A DNA stretch of 32,000 nucleotides from contig NZ_JAMXEX010000002.1 of NCBI RefSeq assembly GCF_025370775.1, positions 616,519 to 648,518 of the forward strand, written 5' to 3'. How positions within the stretch are numbered: the stretch's first letter is position 1; each line of letters starts with the position of its first letter. Shown piece after piece: positions 8,724 through 17,507 of the stretch. The DNA is from Ancylothrix sp. D3o. Lineage in GTDB: Bacteria > Cyanobacteriota > Cyanobacteriia > Cyanobacteriales > Oscillatoriaceae. The notes below the pieces were generated by a model that was not told where the DNA came from, made no database searches, and saw nothing but the letters and a program-made list of their open reading frames with translations. A program made the position numbers and the translations under genes.

Positions 8724-9095
8724 CTAAAGCAGCCCTTCTAATTGCCGGCGAATCCGATCTAACTCTGATTGTGACATCTCACCAGCTTCTCTTCGTTGCT
8801 CTTTTTGCCAGTCTGTTTGATCCACATTTGTTTCTGGAGGCACAGCCAGAGCCCCTTCTGGCACAATTTCCCAATCATAATCGGCACTGCGGCAAAACTC
8901 CTTAACTTCTTCCGAGTCCACCGATTCTACAGAAGGGTTAAAAAAATCCTGAGCTTCCAAAAGTACACCAAACCGCGTAGCATCGTCTTCTGATTCAAAC
9001 ATCAAAACTTTATTGCGCTCAGAACGCAAATCCTTAAGGGTGTGGATGCCCTCATTTTCTGTGCCGGTGTTAAAAAGCAAGACAAACACTCGCAT
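8724..9095 (-). CDS. DUF3110 domain-containing protein (cyanobacteria/plastid lineage)
   Basis: 123 aa. The N-terminus MRVFVLLFNTGTENEGIHTL matches my memory of the DUF3110 family. Its stop lies 14 bp upstream of the murQ start on the same strand. Confidence 0.78.
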   Translation of the reverse strand: MRVFVLLFNTGTENEGIHTLKDLRSERNKVLMFESEDDATRFGVLLEAQDFFNPSVESVDSEEVKEFCRSADYDWEIVPEGALAVPPETNVDQTDWQKEQRREAGEMSQSELDRIRRQLEGLL

Positions 9096-9154
9096 GGCCT
9101 ATAGTTTCATCCTAAAATTTTTGGTTTTATCTTGAATCCTATCATCCAATAACA

Positions 9155-9187
9155 CGGCAAGTCTCCAGACCTGCCGCCGATTTTTTT
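9155..9187 (+). terminator. hairpin (cggcaagtc-tcca-gacctgccg) followed by ccga+T7; possibly bidirectional between the RTX gene and the DUF3110-murQ operon
   Basis: A 9-bp stem with one wobble pairs 9155-9163 with 9168-9176. T7 lies at 9181-9187. The T-run is on the plus strand although both flanking genes are on the minus strand. Confidence 0.45.
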
Positions 9188-9233
9188 GCTTTGGGGCAAT
9201 TTTTTGAAGATTCTGGTAATTCTCTGCACTAGC

Positions 9234-10004
9234 CTAAAATACAGCCGGACTAAAATTACCACCGCCGAGATTATTTCCTGCAATACCTTGCAAAATTAGC
9301 AAATAGTCATTGGTTTCTTGTAGTTGAATAACCAAATTTCCCTGCTGCTCGCCGGTGCCGGCAGAGAGGCGTAAATCTTGCACTGTCAAATTATCGCCTA
9401 ACAATATTAAATCTTGTCCGGGCCGGTAATCAGTAATTACATCTGCATTGGAGAGGCTTGTACCGCCGGTGGCTTTAGCAATCACAAATTGATCAGCGCC
9501 ATCTCCGCCGGTCAGGGTATCCGCCCCCAAGTTTCCCAACATGGTATCGTTTCCAGCTTCCCCTAACAGGCTATCGTTATCTTGACCGCCATAAATTGAA
9601 TCATCACCAGCACCTCCAAACAGGGTATCGCTTTCGCGGTTGCCGTTGAGATAATCGCTTCCTTCGTTGCCAAACAGCAAGTCATTTCCCCGTCCGCCCA
9701 AAATTGTATCTGAATCTTGGCCCCCTAGAATCGAGTCGTCATCTCCATTACCATAGAGCCAATCGGGGCCGCCGACTCCTTCGATGGTATCGTTTCCTGC
9801 CAATCCTAATAAAGTATCAGATCCAGTGTTTCCTCTGAGACTGTCTGCTTGGTCGGTTCCCGAATTATTTCCACTCCCTCCATTAGGGCTGCCGACTGTT
9901 GTGCCTGATTCAAACACACTATCAGGGAGATCGATAACTCCCTCGTAAAAACCTTCTAGCAATTCTTCGTCGCCTACATATTCAGGAAATACAGCCGTTG
10001 GCAT
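9234..10004 (-). CDS. calcium-binding RTX-repeat protein (hemolysin-type repeats plus C-terminal ITDY..GQD..L module)
   Basis: 256 aa with an ATG start. It has about 10 GxxGxD nonapeptides (GNDTIEG, GGQDSDTILGGRGNDLLFGNEGSDYL...). No signal peptide is visible. Confidence 0.87.
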   Translation of the reverse strand: MPTAVFPEYVGDEELLEGFYEGVIDLPDSVFESGTTVGSPNGGSGNNSGTDQADSLRGNTGSDTLLGLAGNDTIEGVGGPDWLYGNGDDDSILGGQDSDTILGGRGNDLLFGNEGSDYLNGNRESDTLFGGAGDDSIYGGQDNDSLLGEAGNDTMLGNLGADTLTGGDGADQFVIAKATGGTSLSNADVITDYRPGQDLILLGDNLTVQDLRLSAGTGEQQGNLVIQLQETNDYLLILQGIAGNNLGGGNFSPAVF

Positions 10005-10225
10005 ATTTTTTGTTGCTCCCTACAATCTACGTTTAATTACATTAAATTATATTTTTTCCGGCATCTTTTTATCCAAGGATGCTAAGTTCGTCTGTTCGTG
10101 CTACCCTAACCGAGTGTCCTTTTCTCTTGACTGTGTGATATCGGCTACTGAAACGTAGTTGATTTTTTTTAAAAGATCCGTTCATATAAATCCTATTAGG
10201 TTTTTCCGCAATTTGATGTTTCTCC

Positions 10226-10233
10226 TGTATAAT
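10226..10233 (+). promoter_or_regulatory. extended -10 element TGTATAAT upstream of the tamB-like gene
   Basis: TGnTATAAT lies at 10226-10233, about 255 nt upstream of the ATG. No good -35 is present. The GAGGA Shine-Dalgarno at 10481-10485 is separate support for the CDS start. Confidence 0.25.
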
Positions 10234-10489
10234 CTGTTTCCTAAAAGAAGGCTTTATAAACTTGAAATGAGTTAAAAACCGGAAAATAGTAAATTGTTTG
10301 GGTTTTGGCTGGTATTCACCGACTTTTTAAGAGAATAGGATGTGCCTGCGAACAAAGTTTGCAGTTAATCAGTCATCTGTAACACGCATTAAAACACTTT
10401 ACTCTGTTTGCTCCCTTAACTAAGGTAGCAGCTAGGCCGTAAAACCAGCCAATTATAACCAAAAAGTCTAACAATGGTGTGAGGAAAAA

Positions 10490-13400
10490 ATGACTAATTC
10501 CCCAAATTCAAGCAACAATCAACCGCAAGAACGCCCCAACCGGCCCAACTGGCGACGGCGCTTGAAATTTACCGGCATCGGTTTGGGTGTGGCGGCGACA
10601 GCGGGAGTGACAGCCGGTGGTATTTATGGCTGGAATTTTGTTAATAATGACCTGGCGCCTTTGGTAGAAAGAGAACTCACCCAAACTTTAAAACGTCCGG
10701 TACAACTCGGAAAAGTCGAAGATTTTACCTACAATGGTCTGCGCTTTGGCCCTTCGGCGTTGCCGGCTACCCCAACTGACCCTGACCGTGCTACGGTTGA
10801 GGCGGTTGATATTAACTTTAATTTGCTGCAATTAATCACTACAAGAAAGCTAATTCTCGATATTACATTAATTAACCCAAACGCCTATATAGAACAAGAG
10901 CAAAACGGTGAATGGGTACAAATTCCGAAACCAGAAGAAAAAGAAGATTCTGGGGTTATTAAAACAGAAGTTGATACCCTAAAATTGCAAAATGCGACGG
11001 TGGTTTTATTGCCGGCTTCTTTGAGTCCAAATAATCCTCAAACTGCTAATCTTCCCATTAGGTTATTTTCGGTTAACGGTCAACTACAACTACGCGAACA
11101 AAACCAACTTTATCTTTATCAAGTGGAAGGCAAACCGGCTGCGGGGGGTTCTTTTGCTATTCAAGGAGAAACGCTTCTTCCCAATCGTCCGACAAATTTA
11201 AAGGTCAATGCTCAAGATTTTTTAGCTCTTGATTTATACCGTTTGCTTGCTCGCACTGTCAAGCTACCTATTGCTTTAAATAGCGGCAAAGTTGATGGCA
11301 ATTTAGATATCCGTATTCGTCCCCAAGAACAAGCCGAAATTCGCGGCACAGCCAGGGTAAAATCAGTTGTTGCTAAAATAAATCCTCTGCCTAAGCTTTT
11401 ATCAGAAACTAATGGAAATTTAGAGTTTCTTGGCAATGATATTAATGTTAGAAATATCACGACAATTTATGGCAAAGTGCCGGCGGTGGCGAATGGGTTA
11501 ATTTCTCTAAGAAGTAACTCTAATTTGGGCATTGTTGTTAGGCCGGTGAATGTTAGTGATGCTTTAGAAACTATAGATGTAAAAATTCCTTTTACTACGG
11601 CGGGAAATGTCCAGCTTGATATTTTGGTGAAAGGCCCAATTACTGAGCCAATTGTTGTTGGCAATGTTCGCACTCCTGATAATAATCAATCTAAAGAACC
11701 GCCGTTAAAAATTGACCGTGTTGATTTAGCAAAACTCAGCGCTAATTTTCAATTTACTAAGGGTCTTGTTGAATTAAAAGATATTGAGGCTACGCCAAAT
11801 GCTGGGGGTAAAATTACTTCTTCTGGCACAATTCGCCTCGCTTCACAAGACCGGCCTACTTCGTTGTCTTTCGGGTTTAATGCAACTCAATTACCGGGGA
11901 ATTTTTACGGCCCTGTTTATGGGGTTTCTCCTGATATTAGAATTGGTACTGTTTCTGCGACTGGCGAAATTGTCGGGCCGGCGGATAAGTTGCAAACTAC
12001 TGTTAATTGGCAAGCGCCAGAGGCAATTTTTCCGGCAACCGGCAAGGTTATTATTGCGGGCGACACGATTTTATTGCGTGATACTCTTGCTACAGTTGCC
12101 GGGGGGACGGCGACGCTTTCGGGTCAATTAGTTGGCAGACAATGGAGTGCAACTATTGAACCTTTGGGTTTAAAATTAAGCCAACTTGCTCAACTTGCTA
12201 ATCGAGAATTTATTGAAGATCCAAACGCTAAAATTTCTAATACGAATATTCCAGGGCAAATTATTAGCGGTCGTTTACAACTTTCGGGGAATACGGCGGC
12301 AAGTTCTCCCGAAAATATTACGGCTGATGGCAATTTGTTGGTGAGTGTTGCTCAGGGTGCGGCAAGTATTAAAACTGAGATAAGTAACGGCCAATTACAA
12401 GCGATTGTTGAGCCGGTTGGTTTGGAGTTAAGCGAGTTAGCTGAGTTGGCAAATTCTTTTTCGCCTCCTGGTCAACAGTTGCCTATTTCTGCGCCAGAAA
12501 TTGCTAGTTTGCCGGTGGAGTTTTTGGGGGGTGATGTGACTTTTTCTGCCCCTATTAATAATATTTCTGCGGATACGATTTCTGGTAGTACCAATGTGCA
12601 ATTAAAGGTAGCGGGTGGCGATACGACTATCACCGGCACTCTTGAAAATGGCCAATGGCAGGCGGCTGTTCAAGGTTCGCAAATTCAAGTGGGACAGTTG
12701 GTGGCCATACCGGCCAACGTTCCCACCGGCCCCGCCACCGTTCAAGCGACTTTATCCGGTACAACAAATAACTTGACAAATGATGCAATTCGTGTTAATG
12801 GGGCGGCGCGGGTAGCAGTGGCCGGTGGGTCTGTGGATGTGCGGGATCTGCGGGTGGCGGAGGGCCGGTGGGCCGCAACGGTAGAAGCAAATGATATTCA
12901 ACCGGCCTTTGCTGTGTCGGTGGCTAGTGTGTCGGAACAGTTGGGCCGGTTTAATGGCAATTTTGAGGTTTCGGGTAGCACTCAGGAAGTGAATGTAAAT
13001 AATATCCGGGTGAATGGTTCGGGTAATTTGGCGGTGGCAGATGGCAGAGCAAATGTTACGGTTAACAGCCAAGAAGGGCAGATTTTGGCTTCGGTGGAAG
13101 CGGTGGAAGTGCCGGTGAGTCCGTTTGTGGGGGGTAATGTAAATGTGCCTTCATCGTTGTTAGGTCGGTTTAATGGCAACTTTGATGTTGCATTAAAAGC
13201 ACCAGAAAATGAAGAGATTAATTTAACGGAAGTAGCGATAAATGGGTCTGGCAGATTGGGGGTTGGGCAAGGGGCAGCAGATGTGACCGTTAGCACGACC
13301 GGCAACCGTTGGCAAGCGACGGTGGCGGCGGCTGGGTTGCCGGTTCAGCCTTTGTTGCCGGCGCAAGTGGGAGAAATTGCTTCAGAAATTGGAAATTTTA

Positions 13401-16400
13401 CGGGTAATTTTACGTTTGCGGGGTTAACAAATAACTTTGATTTAGCAGGAATTCGCGGTAGTGGTTCTGGAAATTTAGGGCTGGCTGGGGGAACAATTAC
13501 TGCTAATAATGTGCAGTTAAATGGGGGCCGTTGGCAGGCAACAGTTGAGCCAGAAAATGTAAAAATAAGCCGCTTTTCTAATCAGTTAAAAGGCGAGTTA
13601 GATGGCAATTTGAATGTAGGCGGAAGTTTGAGCGAGTTAAGTCTAGCAGGAATTAGGGCTGAAGGTAGAGTCAGGTTATCTGAAGGGGTGGCATTTTTGA
13701 ATGATCCGTTATCTTCGGTGATTGCTTGGGATGGCAGAAGGCTGCAAATTAAAGAAGCAAAATCAGCCCAATTAAATGCAAGTGGTGTGATTGATATAAA
13801 TACACAAAACTCAGCAGGATTGCAAATAAATAATTTTGATTTAAATGTAGAGGCACAGAAATTAAATATAGCAGATTTGGCAAAATATGGGTTAAGTTTC
13901 AACAATAGCAATCAAGGTGTTAGCTTGCCTTTAATTGCCGGCCAAACTGATTTTAATGGCAAAATTAGTGGCAGTTTAAATGCGCCGAAACTGGCAGGAA
14001 ATGTGCAAGTCTATAATTTAGTGGTGGATCAGATCAATTTTGAGCCGGTTTTGGCCGGTCGAGTGAATGTGGCGCCGGGGAGTGTAGTGGATGTAGATTT
14101 AAGAGGAAATAATGACAGAATTGCTTTAAATTTGGATAGAAATTATTTGCCAACTAATGTTTTAGTCCGCAGTGGTGAGGTTTTGGCAAGTGCGACAAGA
14201 AACGACAACCGGCTGAGATTGAATCTTGAACAATTCCCGATTAATGCTTTGAAATTAACAGCGCCAGCAATTGCCGGCCCTGGCTATGTTTCGGGGGAAA
14301 TTTCGGCAAATTTAGATTTGAATCTTGGTAATGCTTTAAGTTGTCGGAGTATAGATTGTGCTGTGCAAAATTTGCAAGGTGGGGGAAAAGTTGCTATTGC
14401 TAATCCTCGCGTGGGTTATGTGAAGGCGGATAATTTTACCGGGGAAGTTGCTGTTAGAAATGGGATGGCAACATTGGATGGTGGGAGTTTAAAACAGGGA
14501 GAGACTGAGTATTTATTGTCAGGAAGAGTAGGTCTGGGGGCAAATCCGCAATATCAAGCAAGTGTGCAGATTAAACAAGGTCAGTTGCAGCAAGTTTTAA
14601 CATCTTTGCAAATTTTTAGATTAGAGGATTTTCAGCGGGGGATAAAACCACCTGAATATGCAAAAGGTGAGGAAGTAAGACCCACCGGCGTGAGTGTGCA
14701 AAATCAAGATATTCTTAATCAATTGAGGAGATTTGCTGAAATACAAGCATTGTTAGAAAAGCAAAAAACAGCGCGGGAAGAGGCTTCGCCTTTGCCTGAT
14801 TTGGCGGATTTGCGGGGGGCGTTTAGTGGCGAGATTTCTGTGAATGGTTCGCTGGCCGGTGGGTTGCAGGCGGCGAATTTTAGGGTGCAGGGTCAAGATT
14901 GGAATTGGGGCCGCTATACGGTGGATCAGGCTTTGGTTGAGGGCCGGTATCAAGACGGGGTGGTGACGCTCTTGCCGCTGCGTTTACAGCGCGCTGATGG
15001 CGTTTTTGCCTTTGCCGGCACCCTCGGAGGTGAGCGCCAGTCGGGACAGTTACAAATTGAGAATTTCCCGATAGAACCGCTACAGGAGTTGGCTGAGAAG
15101 TTGGGCGGCGATTTGCCTTTGGATGTGACCGGCAAGTTGAATGCTAAGGCGACGATTGGCGGAAGTGTGTTTAATCCGCAGGTTGTAGGGGAGGTGGCGT
15201 TGGTTGAGGGCAGTTTGAATCAAACGCCAGTGCAGAAGGCGCAGGCGAGTTTTGCGCTGTCTGATTTGCGGTTAAATTTTGGTTCAACGGTACTCGTGAG
15301 TGGCCCGGAACCGATTCAGGCGGTGGGTAGTGTGCCGTTGTTGCCTTTGCCAGGGAGAGATCAAATAACTCTTGCATTGAATGTGCAAAATGAAGCGTTG
15401 GCTGTGTTAAATGTTCTCACGAATCAGCAGTTGCAATGGGTTAGCGGAAAGGGTCAAGTACAGGTTAAAGTTGAGGGGACTTTGCGGGAACCTTTGGCGA
15501 CGGGGGTAGCGGTTTTTGAGGATGCTGTAATGCAGGCAAAGTTGTTACCAGAACCCTTGACGAATGTAACAGGAAGAGTCGTATTTAATCGTGACAGAAT
15601 TGCGGTTGAGGGGATTAAGGGCCGGTTTAGTGAGGGTGAAGTAGTAGCACAGGGTGTGTTGCCAATTTTTGCACCTTTGGGAGGGAATGATCCTGATCGG
15701 GGTAATAGTTTGCGGGTGAGTTTAGACCGGCTGGCGGTGAATTTAAAGGGCTTATATCGCGGCGGTGTGACGGGTTTGGTGGGAATTGCCGGCACGGCTT
15801 TTAGACCGCAAATTGGGGGCCGAATTGAGCTTTCTAATGGTCAGGTTTTGTTGGCGGAAGCTGTGGCTAATCGGGCGACGGGAACGGCGGCGGCGGGTAG
15901 AGATGTCGCTGCGGAGGATCAAGGACGTTTTGAGGTTGGGTTTAATAATTTGTTGTTGGTTTTGGGAGATAATATTGCGATTTCTCAGGTGCCTTTGTTT
16001 AATTTTCTGGCGGCGGGAAATTTACGAATTAATGGGCCTTTGTATGAGTTGCAACCTGCGGGCACGATTCGTTTAACACGCGGTGAGGTGAATTTATTTA
16101 CTACTCAATTTAGGTTAGCCGGTGGCTATGAACAAACCGCAACATTTGTGCCAAATCGCGGTTTAGATCCTTTGTTAGATGTGCGGTTAATTGCTTTGGT
16201 AAATGAGGTGACAGGAAGCCGGGTACCAACTTCGGCTTTTTCTAATGAAATTGCGGATAATCCGATTACGGCGTTTGGTAGTTCCCAAACTGTGCGTATT
16301 CAAGCGCGAGTAGAGGGGCCGGCTAGTCAGTTATTTAATAGTTTAGAGTTGACGAGTTCTCCGGGTAGAAGCGAGTCAGAAATAGTAGCTTTATTGGGTG

Positions 16401-16762
16401 GTGGTTTTGTTAATACTTTGGGGCGCGGTGATAGTTCCTTGGCGTTGGCAAATTTGGCGGGCTCGGCGCTTTTATCTCCTATTGAATCTGCTTTAAGTCG
16501 TGCTTTGGGTTTGACTGAGTTTCGCTTGTTTCCAACTGTGGGTACTAATGATGGTAGGCGGACTTCTACTTTGGGTTTGGCGGCGGAGGCGGGAATTGAT
16601 ATTACTCAGTCGCTTTCGGCTTCAGTTTTACGAATTTTGACGGATAATCAGCCTACTCAATTTGGTTTACGTTATCGTTTAAATGAGCAAACTTTGTTGA
16701 GGGGTTCAACGGATTTTTCGGGCGATAGTCGGGCAACTGTTGAGTATGAATTGCGCTTTTAG
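10490..16762 (+). CDS. tamB: translocation and assembly module TamB-like protein (AsmA-like/DUF490 C-terminus; TIC236 homolog class)
   Basis: 2090 aa. It has an N-terminal anchor helix (FTGIGLGVAATAGVTAGGIYGW). The body is long, beta-rich and poor in charge clusters. The C-terminal region ends ...LRYRLNEQTLLRGSTDFSGDSRATVEYELRF with a terminal aromatic residue. A GAGGA SD lies 5 nt upstream. Confidence 0.88.
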   Translation: MTNSPNSSNNQPQERPNRPNWRRRLKFTGIGLGVAATAGVTAGGIYGWNFVNNDLAPLVERELTQTLKRPVQLGKVEDFTYNGLRFGPSALPATPTDPDRATVEAVDINFNLLQLITTRKLILDITLINPNAYIEQEQNGEWVQIPKPEEKEDSGVIKTEVDTLKLQNATVVLLPASLSPNNPQTANLPIRLFSVNGQLQLREQNQLYLYQVEGKPAAGGSFAIQGETLLPNRPTNLKVNAQDFLALDLYRLLARTVKLPIALNSGKVDGNLDIRIRPQEQAEIRGTARVKSVVAKINPLPKLLSETNGNLEFLGNDINVRNITTIYGKVPAVANGLISLRSNSNLGIVVRPVNVSDALETIDVKIPFTTAGNVQLDILVKGPITEPIVVGNVRTPDNNQSKEPPLKIDRVDLAKLSANFQFTKGLVELKDIEATPNAGGKITSSGTIRLASQDRPTSLSFGFNATQLPGNFYGPVYGVSPDIRIGTVSATGEIVGPADKLQTTVNWQAPEAIFPATGKVIIAGDTILLRDTLATVAGGTATLSGQLVGRQWSATIEPLGLKLSQLAQLANREFIEDPNAKISNTNIPGQIISGRLQLSGNTAASSPENITADGNLLVSVAQGAASIKTEISNGQLQAIVEPVGLELSELAELANSFSPPGQQLPISAPEIASLPVEFLGGDVTFSAPINNISADTISGSTNVQLKVAGGDTTITGTLENGQWQAAVQGSQIQVGQLVAIPANVPTGPATVQATLSGTTNNLTNDAIRVNGAARVAVAGGSVDVRDLRVAEGRWAATVEANDIQPAFAVSVASVSEQLGRFNGNFEVSGSTQEVNVNNIRVNGSGNLAVADGRANVTVNSQEGQILASVEAVEVPVSPFVGGNVNVPSSLLGRFNGNFDVALKAPENEEINLTEVAINGSGRLGVGQGAADVTVSTTGNRWQATVAAAGLPVQPLLPAQVGEIASEIGNFTGNFTFAGLTNNFDLAGIRGSGSGNLGLAGGTITANNVQLNGGRWQATVEPENVKISRFSNQLKGELDGNLNVGGSLSELSLAGIRAEGRVRLSEGVAFLNDPLSSVIAWDGRRLQIKEAKSAQLNASGVIDINTQNSAGLQINNFDLNVEAQKLNIADLAKYGLSFNNSNQGVSLPLIAGQTDFNGKISGSLNAPKLAGNVQVYNLVVDQINFEPVLAGRVNVAPGSVVDVDLRGNNDRIALNLDRNYLPTNVLVRSGEVLASATRNDNRLRLNLEQFPINALKLTAPAIAGPGYVSGEISANLDLNLGNALSCRSIDCAVQNLQGGGKVAIANPRVGYVKADNFTGEVAVRNGMATLDGGSLKQGETEYLLSGRVGLGANPQYQASVQIKQGQLQQVLTSLQIFRLEDFQRGIKPPEYAKGEEVRPTGVSVQNQDILNQLRRFAEIQALLEKQKTAREEASPLPDLADLRGAFSGEISVNGSLAGGLQAANFRVQGQDWNWGRYTVDQALVEGRYQDGVVTLLPLRLQRADGVFAFAGTLGGERQSGQLQIENFPIEPLQELAEKLGGDLPLDVTGKLNAKATIGGSVFNPQVVGEVALVEGSLNQTPVQKAQASFALSDLRLNFGSTVLVSGPEPIQAVGSVPLLPLPGRDQITLALNVQNEALAVLNVLTNQQLQWVSGKGQVQVKVEGTLREPLATGVAVFEDAVMQAKLLPEPLTNVTGRVVFNRDRIAVEGIKGRFSEGEVVAQGVLPIFAPLGGNDPDRGNSLRVSLDRLAVNLKGLYRGGVTGLVGIAGTAFRPQIGGRIELSNGQVLLAEAVANRATGTAAAGRDVAAEDQGRFEVGFNNLLLVLGDNIAISQVPLFNFLAAGNLRINGPLYELQPAGTIRLTRGEVNLFTTQFRLAGGYEQTATFVPNRGLDPLLDVRLIALVNEVTGSRVPTSAFSNEIADNPITAFGSSQTVRIQARVEGPASQLFNSLELTSSPGRSESEIVALLGGGFVNTLGRGDSSLALANLAGSALLSPIESALSRALGLTEFRLFPTVGTNDGRRTSTLGLAAEAGIDITQSLSASVLRILTDNQPTQFGLRYRLNEQTLLRGSTDFSGDSRATVEYELRF

Positions 16763-16895
16763 GAGTTGTTGTTATAGGGTTTTTCAGAGGTTTTTCTGCC
16801 TCACAGTTATAATCTAACTGTGGTTGCCCCTATTAAAACTTAAATGGTAAGATTAAATAGACAAATTCTAAAAAATCAATTGACAAGAGGTTAAA

Positions 16896-17480
16896 ATGCT
16901 TACTGAAACTCCAAAAAAAACCTTTACGCTTGAAGAATACCGGCAAATAGAAGAAACTGCCGATTTTAGAAATGAATACCACGACGGAGAAATTATACCC
17001 ATGACTGGCGGCTCTATCAACCACAATCGGATTACACGAAATTTAGCAAGAAAATTAGGCAATTTGCTTGACGGACAGCCTTATGAGGTTTTCTCAAGTG
17101 ATTTACGTCTCTGGATACCGCGCTATCGGCGTGGTACTTATCCTGATGTGATGGTAATTTCTGGAGAACCGATTTTTAATGACGGAAGAAATGATGAAAT
17201 ACTGAATCCTTCTTTAATTGTCGAGGTACTTTCTAAAAGCACTCAAGACTATGATAAAGGTGATAAATTTCGCTTTTATCGTTCGATTCCAGAATTTAGC
17301 GAATATGTGTTAGTCAATCAATATGAATTTTATGTTGAGCAGTATATCAAAAATGGATCAGGACAATGGTTATTTCTAGCTTATGAGGGCGAAGATGCGA
17401 TAGTAAGATTTAGTTCTGCCGGTGTAGAAATGAGTTTAAAAGATATTTATGAAAAGGTTAATTTTGACGTTGAGGAATAA
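16896..17480 (+). CDS. Uma2 family (DUF820) PD-(D/E)xK endonuclease
   Basis: 194 aa. Its pattern (TLEEYRQIEE...EYHDGEIIPMTGGSINHNRI...YPDVMVISGEP...PSLIVEVLSKST..D..K...Y...EYVLVN) is typical of cyanobacterial Uma2 proteins. An AGAGG SD lies at 16886-16890. Confidence 0.9.
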   Translation: MLTETPKKTFTLEEYRQIEETADFRNEYHDGEIIPMTGGSINHNRITRNLARKLGNLLDGQPYEVFSSDLRLWIPRYRRGTYPDVMVISGEPIFNDGRNDEILNPSLIVEVLSKSTQDYDKGDKFRFYRSIPEFSEYVLVNQYEFYVEQYIKNGSGQWLFLAYEGEDAIVRFSSAGVEMSLKDIYEKVNFDVEE

Positions 17481-17507
17481 GAATAAGCTTTTAAAAGGCG
17501 AAATATA

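Noticed and set aside
8379-8993. ORFs 8379..8645(-), 8657..8905(+) and 8796..8993(+) overlapping murQ/DUF3110
   Set aside because: They are out-of-frame or antisense readings of two well-supported genes.
11212-16076. About ten 60-115-aa ORFs antisense to or out of frame with the tamB-like gene
   Set aside because: They are expected by chance within a 6.3-kb CDS. They have no RBS or recognisable motifs.
16880-16885. TTGACA hexamer just upstream of the Uma2 ATG, and TATAAT at 16808-16813 inside the hairpin 16802-16822
   Set aside because: The TTGACA is only 10 nt from the start codon. The TATAAT has no acceptable -35 at 17-18 nt spacing, so neither is sufficient for a promoter call.
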